NCBI GenBank assembly: GCA_030704615.1
Contig: CM060734.1
Coordinates: forward strand, 53,692,001-53,756,000
Reading direction: 5' to 3'
Origin: Takakia lepidozioides
Lineage: Eukaryota; Plantae; Bryophyta
DNA length: 64,000 nt
In this document: positions 35,373 to 46,977 of the stretch, one piece after another
Layout of the letters: each line of letters starts with the position of its first letter
Position numbering within the stretch: position 1 is the stretch's first letter
Notes under the pieces: generated by a model
Told to the model about the DNA's origin: nothing
The model's database searches: none
What the model saw: only the letters and a program-made list of their open reading frames with translations
Made by a program: the position numbers and the translations under genes

Positions 35373-37941
35373 TCATTGCAGAAGTCTCTGCACTGCCCTG
35401 ATCAGAAGTTGAGCAGCATTGTCAAATTGGTCCTCATAATCGCTACTTAGCCATCCTAATGTTATTGACAAAGCCAGAAAGAGTAGCATCCCTTGCAATC
35501 GGGCCTCAAAATACAAGATATCCATGGCTGTAATATTCTCTTGGTCCAACACTCTGAAACGTATGTGGCAAGCTGTCTTGGAGACACCCGTCACAAATAT
35601 CGAGTAGCAGAACCCCAGGCTTATTGATATAACTGTCCGCCAGAACACTCGGCCACTTTTAGAGGAGACCGAGAAAAGCATTGATTGATGTGCCAGCCTA
35701 CCCTCCAACCCAACAGGCAAAGTCGTGTCATATTGCCAACGTCTCCCCGCTTTCAGACCTAAATCCGTACAGGACAGGTACTGCTGTAGACTGAAATAGT
35801 CATTTGACAAGGCATATGACGTACCATCCCAAGCCACCCTTTTGGCGGGGTGAATGCCCAAGGATGAAAGCAAGATTGACACTGACAATACAGGTTTTCA
35901 TGATAATCCAGCATCATATCAGGGGTTCAATTCTGTTGTTGTCTGATAGAGAAGATCTATAAGACTGTTAGTTAACACCTGCGTAAATAACAGGTGTCCA
36001 CGTGCCCAATACTATGATGAGCACCTGTTTGCATTCCTTCCCCTAGCTGGCCTGATATGGAGACAACTTGATGTAAAGCTGTGCTTGGGAGAAAAAAAAC
36101 CAAATCCTCTGCAGCATCTCAAAGAAACTGGAATCTTCAACCTACTAAACTAGAAATCAACATTGGAAGGCACACCACCATAAAGCAGGAACTTACAGGA
36201 GCTGAAAATGGAGTAAGATGTCAGATTTGAGAGACTCTTGCACAGTGCAGTTGCCAACAAAGGTTTCTGCAAGCTCCACTCGTTGCAGATTGCTGGGACT
36301 ATACTTGCATGGGTAATCTCCATTTATCTGCATCCACATCCGTCCGCGGTACAAAATGCAACAATTCCAGTTTGGATCTTCATTGAAGCTGGCACCAAAC
36401 TGACTTTGACCCCGTATCAGCCAGAATAGGGCTCATATAGATTCAAGACACTCTGCATTGACAATTAAAAAGGAGGCCTACTAAGGCTGTAACGAGTTCA
36501 CCAATACAGGGAGATTTTAGCCTTGAGGTATGTCCAACTTGCAGCCTCGAAAGAAAGCCAGCTGAATCCTATATGCACCTAACCTTTGGAGAGCTGCTAT
36601 TGACAGACAGACAGCAATACAAGAAACAGGTCAAGCAAATGGCTTACAACAACCTCAGCTAAAATGGGCAATTCCTCATCGAAAGATTAAGGTACCTGAA
36701 ACTTCTCCTTTGCACGCCAAACAGTACTAAAGCTGGGCCTGCAGTCTAAAGGTAGAGCTTCCCAGGGTGCCTCTGCTGCTGCTTGCACTGCTGCCTCTGA
36801 AGCACGCGGCCGAAATTCCACCTGCAAATTGTCACCCAAGTCTAACTAAGTTGGCAATCGATCAATAAACAGAACAAGCTAGCCAATGGTAATTCCTCCC
36901 CCCTGCTATTTTTCACCTTTACAGGGGTAACATCATTCCCGCCATGGCAGTGAGCTTGCTTCTGACAACTAGCATAGAAAGGTAGAGGAGTTTGCAAAAG
37001 CTGTTGCAAGGTGAAATGCAACATGCGCCATGGACCAAGGGGTCCTCATCAACACTAAATAAATTTCACATCACAAGATCTCACACAAGGTGCAACCATA
37101 TGCAAAACCAAGAATTCACCAAAACAGCTGAGAACTATCAGAAAATTACATTCACCACATGATATTGAGGTTAAATGAAAATGTACCTCGTACACAGATG
37201 TCCAATAGTAATCAAACGAGCAGCGGAACTTCGAGCGGCCAGTCTGACTGTGTCTCGTTGGACTAACTGTTGAGTGCTCAAGCTCGCAAATCTTTGCAGT
37301 GCGAAGATCCACACCTGCATCGAGTTGAATAGTGTTCCCATTAGTCTTCACAACTGCAGCCTCTGGTGACTATTGCAGAGGAACTTAGCATTGGCGACAA
37401 ACTACAGGGACACCAGCAGAAAATGAATGTGGAAAACACTCTTCGTGGCTTTCGTCTGATGGCAAGCCTAATCTGACAACGCCTTCCAGTCATGGCAGTC
37501 AAGAGCGTCATAGGACGTATCCCATACAGAAATTTGTTTTTCCATTTTGCAGTGAATTTCTCTAAGCTTTCTCGCTGTTCTAAGGTTTCTAGAATGAAAT
37601 GGGAGGTAGGTATAAACCCCAACTGCGAGATGGAACTTCATTGTAGCATTACAGACATCCAACACCAAGCAACCTTTGGAGATAATTTTACAGCTGGTCG
37701 AGAGTGGCGACAACTTGGTCGGGGGGAGATTTGATAATATAAAAGCAGAGAATCCAATTAGGAGGGCCAGAATAAAGGATAGCAGCAAGATGAGCGCACA
37801 AAGCAGCCACCAGCGCCAGAGATGTACGTGCACCATGCGCCCTCGGCGACATTCCCCGATACTGTGCAACAGCGGTACCCCGAGCATCACCAGCACCACC
37901 ATTATCCCACACAATACTGCCTCCTCCATCTCGAATGACAA
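35373..37941 (-). CDS. Conserved uncharacterized plant membrane protein (multi-exon)
   Basis: Approximate exons: 37941-37675 (TM helices..LSTSCKIISK), 37314-37187 (GVDLRTAKICEL..KFRCSFDYYWTSVYE), 36821-36696 (VEF..AEAPWEALPLDCRPSFSTVWRAKEKFQ), 36326-36197 (INGDYPCKY..), and a last exon to 35373 with two TM segments. GT/AG boundaries seen. The motifs resemble a known land-plant family of unknown function. Confidence 0.75.
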
Positions 37942-38472
37942 TCGCTAGACACTTTTCAGCGGCACGCACCCACATCCAGTGAATGCCTTTTGTATAAGCT
38001 CAAACACAAAACTGGGACTCTTCAGATCTAGACAAGTCTATCATGGTGTTGGGGCAATACTGAGACATGTTAGGTTCTGAATGCCCATTGTACTGGATTT
38101 CTGTCTCTCACTCAGAGACTGAAGACGATCCTCCAACCTGTACAGGTCGCTGCAATGAAAGAGATAGGAATCCATCGTTCTCAGCCCGCTGAGAATTCGA
38201 GCGGCGAACCTGTATCCACTAGTCAGACCGCCCATAAGAAATACCCCTGTCCAATGCTCCAATGCAAGCCTATGTCTGCTCACAGATGGATCTTCACCGC
38301 ATTCTACAGGCAATTCTGATCACCTAGGACTTCGATCTCTTCCAGAAAGAGCAGCAATAATAATTGGCCGGCAGAACCGCAGGTATGGGTCATACACGGG
38401 ATTGGGTCCGCTGCTCTCCGAAGGAAGAGGACGTCTCAGAGTTGAGCGGGCTGCTGCACGTTGCCGAGCTCT

Positions 38473-38742
38473 ATGCAAATGGAGCCCGTTGCTATCGTGT
38501 TCCTGGATGTAGAGACGACAGTACCCACACATAAAGGCCAAAAGTTTGAGCTTTCTGAGGTTGAAGCCGTAGTGGTGTCTGTGAAAGGTTTAGTGGAGCT
38601 GGATTCCTACTCCACATTCGTGCAGCCATCATCCCTCTCTGCCATCTCGAGTCGAAGCGTGGGTTGCAACGCCATTGCCAAGAAGGATGTGGCGGACGAA
38701 CCGCTTTTCTCAGAGATCGCTGAGAATACGAGTTGCTCGATG
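38473..38742 (+). pseudogene. NEN-type DEDDh 3'-5' exonuclease first exon (truncated, frameshifted)
   Basis: IVFLDVETTVPTHKGQKFE..GLVELDSYSTFVQPSSLSAISSRSVGCNAI..VADEPLFSEIAE, then after a frameshift YELLDG|GTCAGT. Matches the N-terminus of NEN exonucleases (FFDxETxVP..LVELxSYSTLVRP..PTFSEIAxxVYxILxG). Later exonuclease motifs not found. Confidence 0.75.
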
Positions 38743-39039
38743 GTCAGTATCTAGAGCACCGCTGGAACCCAATTGAAGAAATATGGTGAGTCAAATCCGG
38801 TATTAATTGTTGATGTAAGGGCTGGTATAGATATCATGCTAGGAACTGCTGTCTGTAGACCCCAGAATGAAAACACAGATGCTGCAAATGTTGCTGGGAG
38901 ATGGAGTGCCTCGAGATATGTGGAAAGGACAAGCAATCTCTGACCCGACCTTAGAAGGACACAGAACAGAACCACAATAGAATTCCTCTGAAGCTGCTAA
39001 GGATATAGATTGTGGTATTGTTTACTTGTAGGCCAAGCA

Positions 39040-41656
39040 ATGAGCATGGAACGACTGTGGCAGGAGTTCCTGTCAGATCCTTCACAGTGGTGGGACAACC
39101 GGTTTCACAAGGTGAGGCCTATCTCTTGCTACTGGTACCAAATCGTATCTATAGGTGAAGCTCTATGTGATGTATGTTTTTATCTTCACCACAGTTTCTC
39201 TAACAAGATCTGTTGCATTTGATGTAGCAACACTTCTGGTTAGCCTGCTGGTAATCCACTAAGTATTGGAATTGGTTTGTTCAAAGCTGTGGTCTGTTAT
39301 TTGAAGGATCTTGTGGTCTATATGATTATGTGGTTCCAGTTTTTGCTTCTCAGCGGCATTTTAGTGGTTTTTTACAGAAAAATCCAGGATCACCAGACTT
39401 CAGTCATAAGCGCACAAAGGATGTCCTTTGGATTGACAGCCGTGCAAACCCACCTTGGGTGCAAGCAGAGCTAGCTGCCATGCTACAAGGTCGATCGCAA
39501 CCTGGTGATGGCTGTATTGTTGATTTCTCCCATGGAGCTCCTGGTCGAGAATACAACGGGTATTGTTTTAATGTGATTCAACAGTTCCAACTCAAGCAGA
39601 TAGAATTGGTACGACTTATTCTCAAAGTAGATGACTGGAGCAGTTTAGGAACTGTGTCTTGGAAGTCTCTATGAGAGACTCGCCTTAAGGGGTTGTGACT
39701 GGGAGTTTTGAATCATGCAGGATGGCAGGGTTGAGTCAGGGACAGTTGTCTGCTGACCATGAGACCAGCAAGATGAGTATCACCTCCACCAGCACCACTG
39801 TTTTGGAAAGTTCACACAAAGGAGTCACCAAGAAATTATCTGGAACTTGTTTGGATGTGAGAAGACTATGCAAGGCAGGACAACTCAAACAGGCAGTAAA
39901 ATCATTGAACCAACGGCGCATTCCGGCAGACTCCAGTACTTATGTCTGTCTCTTGCAGGAGTGCATCAACATGAAAGACCTAGCCGAAGGAAAGCAGGTG
40001 CATGCCCACATCATCCAAAGTGGGTTGAAGGCAAACAAATTTGTACTGAGCACCCTCGTCAACATGTATGCCAAGTGTGGGAGTCTGGTGGATGCACGCC
40101 AAGTGTTTGACAAAATGCGGCAGCGAGATTTGTGTACATGGACTATAATGATGGCAGCATATGCCAAGCATGGACATGCCAATGAGGCTTACAAAATCTA
40201 TGAACAAATGCAGCAGAAGGGGGTGACACCTGACAGAGTCACATTTACTTCCATTCTGAATGCATGTGCCAGCCTAGGAGCCCTGGAAAAGGGTAAGTGT
40301 GTCCATGCTGATATCAGCAAAAATGGAATTGTGGCAGATGTTATCCTGGAGAACACCCTTGTTGACATGTATGTCAAATGCGGGAGCATAAATGATGCAC
40401 GGCAAGTGTTCGACAAAATGGCTGAACAAGATGTGGTCTCATGGAATTCTATGGTTGCAGGATATGCTCAACATGATGGTAGGGTGGCTCTGAATTTCTA
40501 TGAGAACATGAAACAGAAAGGGGTTACGGCCGACAGGGTCACATTTGCCTGTGTTCTCAATGCATGTGCTAGTCTAGGAGCCCTGGAAAAGGGCAAAGAG
40601 GTTCATCTCGACGTCATCAAATCTGGAATCCCGTCACACATTAAATTGGAGACTGCGATCATTAATATGTATGCCAAATGTGGGAGCATAAAGGATGCAC
40701 GCCAAATATTCGACAGTGTGGCTCAACAAGATTTGGTCTCCTGGAACACCATGATTGCAGGATATGCTCAGCATGGTGATGGTTGGGAGGTCTTCCGACT
40801 CTTTGAACAAATGCAACAGCAAGGCTTGAAGCCAGATGGTATCACATTTATATCTCTTCTCTGTGCATGTAGCTACGTGGGCTTAGCCGATGAAGGCCGT
40901 CACTATTTCAATTCGATGAGTGAGGATCATGGTATCACTCCCACCATGGAGCATTTTGGCTGCATGGTGGACCTTCTTGGCCGTGCAGGGCAATTGGATG
41001 ACGCAGAGGACCTAATTAATCAAATGCCAGTAGAACCAGATGCTTTGGTCTGGGGTTCCTTGCTTGGTGCCTCCAGAACTCATGGCAATATGGTGCTAGC
41101 AGAACGTGCAGCAAAAGGTATCCTCAAGAGCGATCCACAGCATGCCCCAGCTTATGTGACACTATCGAACATCTATGCTGCAGCCGGCAGATGGGAGGAT
41201 ACAGAAAAGGTGAGAAAAATGATGGAGGAAAGAGGTGTTCGGAAAGAGCCAGGGCACAGCTGCATTGAGGTCGACGACCAGGTGCATACATTTGTTGTAG
41301 ATGATACTTTGCACCCACAAATTAAGCAAATCCATGCTGAGCTGAAGAAGTTGTCTGGGCAGATAAAGGAGGCCGGGTACGTGCCTGACACACGCTTTGC
41401 TTTGCATGATTTGGAGGAGGAGCAAAAGGAATTTTCTCTTTGCCTCCACAGTGAAAGGTTGGCCATCGTGTTTGGGCTCATCAGTACGCCGCCTGGGACA
41501 CCTATCCACATTTTCAAGAACCTCCGGGTGTGTGGCGACTGCCACACGGCCACCAAGTTCATCTCAAAGATTGTTGGGCGAGCAATCATTGTGCGAGATG
41601 CCAATCGCTTTCACCACTTTGAAGATGGGTTGTGTTCTTGTGGGGGTTACTGGTGA
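39040..41656 (+). CDS. PDF-motif-fused PLS-class PPR protein with E1/E2 and DYW (PG-type) deaminase domain; putative organellar C-to-U editing factor
   Basis: Exon 39040-39111 (MSMERLWQEFLSDPSQWWDNRFHK|GTGAGG); exon 39378-~39504 (TACAG|KNPGSPDFSHKRTKDVLWIDSRANPPWVQAELAAM..); phase-compatible acceptor at 39728/39729 into the uninterrupted ORF to 41656. 11 clear PPR motifs, E1, E2, PGHS, HSERL, CGDCH, ending CSCGGYW. Confidence 0.9.
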
Positions 41657-43755
41657 AACAAGCAACACGCATGAAATAAAGTGTGCGTCAAAAGCAGAAA
41701 TGTTATTTTGTGCCCTCGAGTGCAGTAGTCTCTATCGATCTTTCTTTGAGCAATGCACAAAGAACATCTTGAAAAAGAATGACCCTGGTCGACTCCTTGC
41801 TGGTTTGATTGTGGTGGAATATCTTATTTCCTTCAAACTTCCAAAACATCTATCCCCAGGCCTGTATAGTAGGTTATCCAGTTACCCCAAAGCTTATGTA
41901 CTAGGTAGCAGGCTACTAACTGGTACAAAATATCCAGGAAAATCAATATTAGTAAGAAGTTTGGTATAGATTGGCTGTAGAGAACGTACCAAATATATTG
42001 AAAACCAATTTAAATGATTGAGTGCAATCATTGGTCCACTTCTGGAGCAGTAATACTTGCTTCTTCTACTTTACTTTTTTTTCTCTCTTTTTTTTCTTTT
42101 TATTCGGGTTTGTCTTTCTCTTTTTTCTAATAATAAACAGGGGACTGTCAGAGGCCCTGGGAAACTTTATTTGGATTTATTAGGGGGAAAATTTTAGTGA
42201 AAGTAGAACGGAACCCCTCCAGAGAGACCAACAAGGAGGGAATCCCTGCTTTATTTTGGACCCCTTGATCTCATTCCTTAATACACATGGCCTTCCTACA
42301 TAACCCCCCAACTCTAATTGGGTGTTTGTGCCTTGCCTGTGCATAACCTAGGTGATCCTGGGTTCAATCCTGCAACATGTGCCTTCAGACCATCCATTGG
42401 GCCCTCGATGGCATGTGTAAATTCACTGGACGGTAAAGAATCTTTATCTTTATTTTTATCTTTTATCTAATTCCTGGGCCACAGTAATTCTTGGACCACT
42501 CTAGAATGAACAGGGCCGAATGAAACTGCTCTATATATTTTTATTATTGTTAAATTTCCTAATAATATACGTCCGCATGTACTGCTGTAAGTTGTAAGTT
42601 CCAATGGGGGAGATTAACATAATTTTTTTGAAGGATTTTTTTCCCGCGTTTTATGGAAATCTTGGTCTCTGTTCCTATTTATTTATTTGTCTATACAAGA
42701 TGATCAATGGTATAGTCTGGCGGGCCCGGCGGTAAAGAGTGGGCAGTATATTTTCTTTGTATTTTTTGGTCCCTAAACCCCCGCAATCGCGTCAGTGGTC
42801 ATTTGTGTCAGAGGGATCTTATGTGGCTGCCAGCTGGCAGGAACAGTGTAAGTATCTGGGGACAGCTGTACTTGTACGGATGTTTACGAAGGGGAAGGGC
42901 CAATAGGGGAAGGGCCTGAGGAAGGACCCTCCCCTACACAAATAGATGAGGAATTGTTTTCCAGCAAGCAAAGGTAAGCAGTGGTGAGTTTTCAAGGGGT
43001 CATTCCCCCTTCAAATAAGGGCAGTTGTCAAAATGTGCTCTGCAACATGAAATGTCAGTTTTTGGGCTGCCCTTCATAATGAAGGGTCTGGAAAAAACTG
43101 CCCTTCATAGATAAGGGTGCCCAGAAAACCTGCCCTTCAGATATAAAGGTAAGCTATGACCTCATCAGGTTTGATTAATAAATGAATGAATAGCGCCTGT
43201 CTCAAACTTGATGAGACAAAGTGGCTGCACCCCAAGAGGGCAGACAATAACAACATGAAATGAATAAATAGTTCCTATAAATCAATGGAGACCACTAGCA
43301 ATAATGTAAGAACTTACATAGATCGCATGGTAAGCCAATTTCCAGCCTGTCAAATCTTCCCCACCCCCTCTTGAGAGGGACAAAGTTGGAGTGACAATTG
43401 GGGTGGGTGACATCATTGGAGTGAACCGGAAGGGAGTGTCATTCCAATTGGTGTCATGAAATTTGATTAAGTATAAAACATACTAAGAGGAAATGATGTG
43501 AGCCGACCAGGTAACTCTAGTATCCAATAACAATCCAACCGTACACCTCATAACTGTTATTGCCATCTCCTTGAAAACCAATTATGACAAATACGCACCC
43601 ATAATAGGAGCAGGCAAGTTAACTTGCTCATCTCCTCATCATTGATGGTAGAGTTTGGAGAGGCATGGCATACCCATCGTCTCAAAACAATACATGATAC
43701 CCTTCACCTGCCCATACAGACCACGACCTACTTTAAAAATATGCAGTTCACTCAA

Positions 43756-43922
43756 TGACAACCAAGTTGTAGCCTAATGGTAATGGGCACATTCCACCTC
43801 GGAAGTCATCGTGGGTTTAGTCCACCGATTGATGTCACAAATGTGTCCACCTTCCTGCTAGAAGGCAGTAGCCCTTCAGGGTCAATAGACACCATAATTT
43901 ACGCTTCCTTCGGGAGGTGTCA
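43756..43922 (+). mobile_element. SINE family A, copy 4
   Basis: TGACAACC..TAGCCTAATGG..gtgtccacc..gacaccataatttacgcttccttcgggaggtgtca. Confidence 0.78.
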
Positions 43923-43970
43923 TATGTTTTTATTATTGCATCTCACTTTGATCTCTTACTGCCATCATTA

Positions 43971-45370
43971 CAAGACTTCAATGATATATGGAAGTATTAC
44001 TACCCATGTATTGACTTTACCACCTTCATACAGTCACCTCCTTCTTCTCCAGACAGAAAGCAGGAGTAGAAGGCATCACCCGCAAACCCCGCCAACCTCC
44101 TACTTGCAGACGAGGGGCACGTGGATTTTAACTCTGACCATACAAAAATACCGCTTTAAACACTCCTCAAAGACGTTCAAGCAGGGACGACAAAGCATAT
44201 TCAGTTGGTAATGCATGGGATAGTAGTCTTGTGCCAATGAACCTGGACTCTTATCGCACACCTGGACACTGAGACAACGATGCCGTTGTGGGGTTATGGC
44301 CAACCAGAGATGTAGAAGTTAGTCTCCAACTGACAGATGATGAGGCGAACGAGCCTTGGGATATTTGGAATAAGAGCGTTGATTTGGGCAACAATATACA
44401 AGATCAAATATTCAATCTCACTGATAGACATGCTGGACTCATGGTACATGTGTTGGATTGGTTGACTGCTAGGAACTTGGGAAACACGATGGCCACCGAG
44501 GTTGAGAAGTCGTATGTGAAAATTATTGTTATCTTCGACGTTCTGTGAATCCCTCTCTTTAGTGCGTAGTCTGATGAGATTAGATCGTGCTCTATTACTG
44601 GGCACGAGTGCCAAGGTTGCGCCGTAAAATTCAGCTTGATACGGGCTTTCATAGAGGCAGTCATTTGCAGTGCCCGGTAAAATTCAGCTTGATACTAGCT
44701 TTCATAGAGGCAGTCATTTGCAGTGCCCAGTAATTAGAGCATGATCTAATCTCATCACACTACGCACTAAAGAGAGGGATTCACAGAACGTTGAAGATTA
44801 CAATAATTGACAGACGTGCTTCTCAACCTCGTTGGCCACTGTATTTCCCAAGTTCCTAGCAGTCAACCAATCCAACACTGTACCATGGAGAGTCCAGCTT
44901 GTCTATCGGCGAGATTGAATATATGATCTCGTATGTTGTTGCCCCAACCAATGCTCTTAATATTCCAGCTATCCCAAAGCTTCTTCGCCTCATTATCTAT
45001 CAATTGGCCGAGACTAACTTTTGCATCTCTGGTTGGTCATAGCATCGTTGCCCCATTGTCCAAGTGTGCGATAGGAGTCCAGGTTCATTGGCACATGATT
45101 GCTACCCCATGTGGAGAAAATTACCAACCGAATATACTTTGTCGTCCCTATCTAAACGTCTTTGACGAGCGTCCAAAACGGTGTTTTTTGTATGGTCAGA
45201 ACTCAAACCCATGTTGTCCATAAACAAGAGGTTTATGAGGTTGGGCCAGGTTGCGGGTGATACCTTCTGCTCCTGCTTTCTTTTTGGAGAAGGAGGAGGT
45301 GACCGTGTGAAGGTGGTAAGTCAATATCTGGGTAGTAAAACTTCCATATATCATCGAAAGTGAAGTCTTG
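43971..45370. repeat. ~640 bp-arm long inverted repeat (foldback)
   Basis: 43971-44605 is the diverged reverse complement of 44723-45370. The spacer holds a 53 bp tandem duplication (44624, 44677). Confidence 0.92.
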
Positions 45371-46977
45371 CCAATTTCAAGCTGGGCAAGGTTGATGTAA
45401 AACACGTGCTGGAAGCCCCAAATGGAAGCCATTGCTTGATTTCTGTTCACAATCTCCATTAGTTGCAAGAGTGATGTCTTGCCGCTAGCTGGCGGCCCAC
45501 GGATAAGTAACGCACATTGAGGCTACACAGCTTCCAGGTTGTGTCTTTCCGCGGGGTGTAGTAGCTATCCACGCGCGATTAGATGCCCTCTGATCTATTC
45601 CCAATCAGTTTTTCAGCACTCATGGTTGGGCCTGTGGAAGTGTAAAAACTAAGTCTAGCAAATCATTATAGGACAATACAATACAATTGTGAATTTGCAG
45701 CAAGAAAAAATGAAAAGCTTTCAGAGAACAATGTGGAAAGGTTGCTTCAGATATCAGTAATCAACACCATCATCTCGAAGCTTCACAAACATTGACAACG
45801 ACCGACCTCTTCATTCGTGAAATAAAGTATCGACTAATAATAAACATAAACCTATATAGCACATACAAAACAACTATGAATTTGCAAAACATCAGAGTCT
45901 ACATATCAGAGGCTTGTCTCGTTTGCAATGAGTATGTGGAGCAAGGATAGTTCTAAGAGATAAGGATCGTTCACTTTGGACATTTTCAAGCTAGAACTTC
46001 CCTGATCCTAACAAATGTGTCAAGTACTCAGGAAAGAGATCATCCGCAAAGAGCCTAAAGGCAACCACATGTTGGAAAGCCTGGCAGCAGGGCCAGCCTG
46101 AACATTGAAAACATTCACAAACATTGAAAACGTCCCACCTCTTCATTCGTGAACTGAAGTATCGACTAAGAACAAGCATAAACCTTGGGAAGATTGTTAT
46201 TGATGCCAACCAAGTATCATGCAAGCACTGCTTAAACTCCTAATGCATCAACCACAGTTTTTCAACACTAAACCCCAGACTGAAGGACTAGATCAACCGG
46301 TGCGGATATTTCAGCGAAGTCATGGCATTGGATGTCACGGGCATGATATGATGTTTGAGCCAGCGAGAGTGCATTATAGTCTCCTCAAATCAGTCACAAT
46401 TGAGCAAAATTCAATCTCTGGCACAGCGCAACGCTATGCAAATCCAAACACAACGCATCCAGGAAAGTCATGGAGTATTGCTTTTCCCTTTTCTTCACAA
46501 AAAGAAAATAAAGTCCCTGTTCTCTAAAAAATAAAAATAAAAATAAAAATAAAAAGATGATTACAAAGGGCCCGCCTGCCACCGTTCTAAATTTGTCGGG
46601 GAAAACCCCATTCCAAGAGATTCCACGTTTTTGCCCCCGGAATAGGAGTACGATGGGAAATATCGAAATATCACATTCCGGCGCCCCGGACATTGGCTTT
46701 GTTCAGTCGTATTTTTCGACCGTGTGCCCGACTCCTGCCCTCTCAAATCCGGGAAAAACATTTATTGCACTGTTCGGCACGGAACATGCTTTTGTTTAGT
46801 TCTGGTAAATAAAACAATTTCCCGACGTACATAGTACATACATGAGTACATATACTTGAGTGTATAGGTACGTATATGTATGCGGCGATGCAGGACCTAG
46901 ATACAGGGAGGAGCAGAGGGCAGGGAGGCAGCCATGGCCCCACTCTGCTCAGTGTTGATCTGCATCGCTGCTGTGCT

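Noticed and set aside
39695-39728. ORF-track start (GTG at 39695) as the true start of the PPR gene
   Set aside because: More likely intron sequence before an AG acceptor; upstream PDF exons fit in phase. An ATG at 39722 cannot be fully excluded.
41245-41656. U-to-C (DYW:KP) editing factor
   Set aside because: It has a PG box and canonical HSE, not KP-type signatures.
42470-43150. DNA-transposon subterminal repeats (ctgcccttca units; taattc.tgg.ccac)
   Set aside because: Repetitive, but no paired TIR or TSD could be established.
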